64,000 bases of DNA from Microbotryum violaceum. Taxonomy: Eukaryota. Both the position numbers and the translations under genes were made by a program. The stretch spans positions 496,001 through 560,000 of the forward strand of contig CDLV01000004.1 of the NCBI GenBank assembly GCA_001244265.2, given 5' to 3'. The notes under the pieces are model-generated. The model worked only from the letters and a program-made list of their open reading frames with translations, ran no database searches and was not told the DNA's origin. How positions within the stretch are numbered: the stretch's first letter is position 1; each line of letters opens with the position of its first letter. Shown here piece after piece: positions 63,718 to 64,000 of the stretch.

Positions 63718-64000
63718 GCTGCTGGCCGCGAAGCGGCTGGGTCTTCGGAAACGAGGGCTGAGGCTACCACCGGGTGAAGGTCGCTAGTTGTCTCAAGCGA
63801 ACGTTTGACGCCGAGGGGGATGGCACGAACTTGGGCGAACCAAAAAGCGAGTTCGGCCTCCGCGGACGAGTTCCTTCTAGGCGGCCCGGCATCATCGCTC
63901 AGTTTCGAGATCAGGTCGGTTTGGGCCTCCTGCGTTAAGCAGCCGTCGTCGAGCGCGTCGAAGACCAATTTGACAGTCTGCGTTGCTTGCGGAAGAGTCC

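Overview
Eukaryotic, intron-rich fungal DNA, most likely a basidiomycete. The short GT..AG introns, the TE repertoire and the TCG-biased C>T changes suggest Pucciniomycotina such as Microbotryum, but that assignment is inference only. Roughly 85-90% of the window is decayed, nested transposable elements: a Mutator-like transposase fused to a USP-like protease, two Ty1/copia elements, two tandem L1-like LINEs, two relics of a P/THAP9-like DNA transposon, a Plavaka (CMC) transposase with a divergent partner ORF, a Helitron fragment, three Ty3/gypsy elements, a gag-only LTR element, a TRIM-like mini LTR element, solo LTRs and a tyrosine-recombinase (Ngaro/DIRS-like) retrotransposon. A small host-gene island at about 21.1-27.3 kb holds a broken DHA1 MFS transporter, SF3B5, NDUFB7 and SCO1. 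Four signals stand out. (1) In two unrelated copia elements the 3' LTR carries an extra GTTAGT..AG-bounded, intron-sized block that duplicates the upstream LTR sequence, and the 5' LTR is exactly the 'spliced' form. (2) Three gypsy-type elements have a terminal U5 hairpin plus an oligo(T) tract where a tRNA primer-binding site should be. (3) The MULE-USP fusion. (4) A P-like transposon family with AGGACCC termini. All coordinates were counted by eye and no database searches were run.
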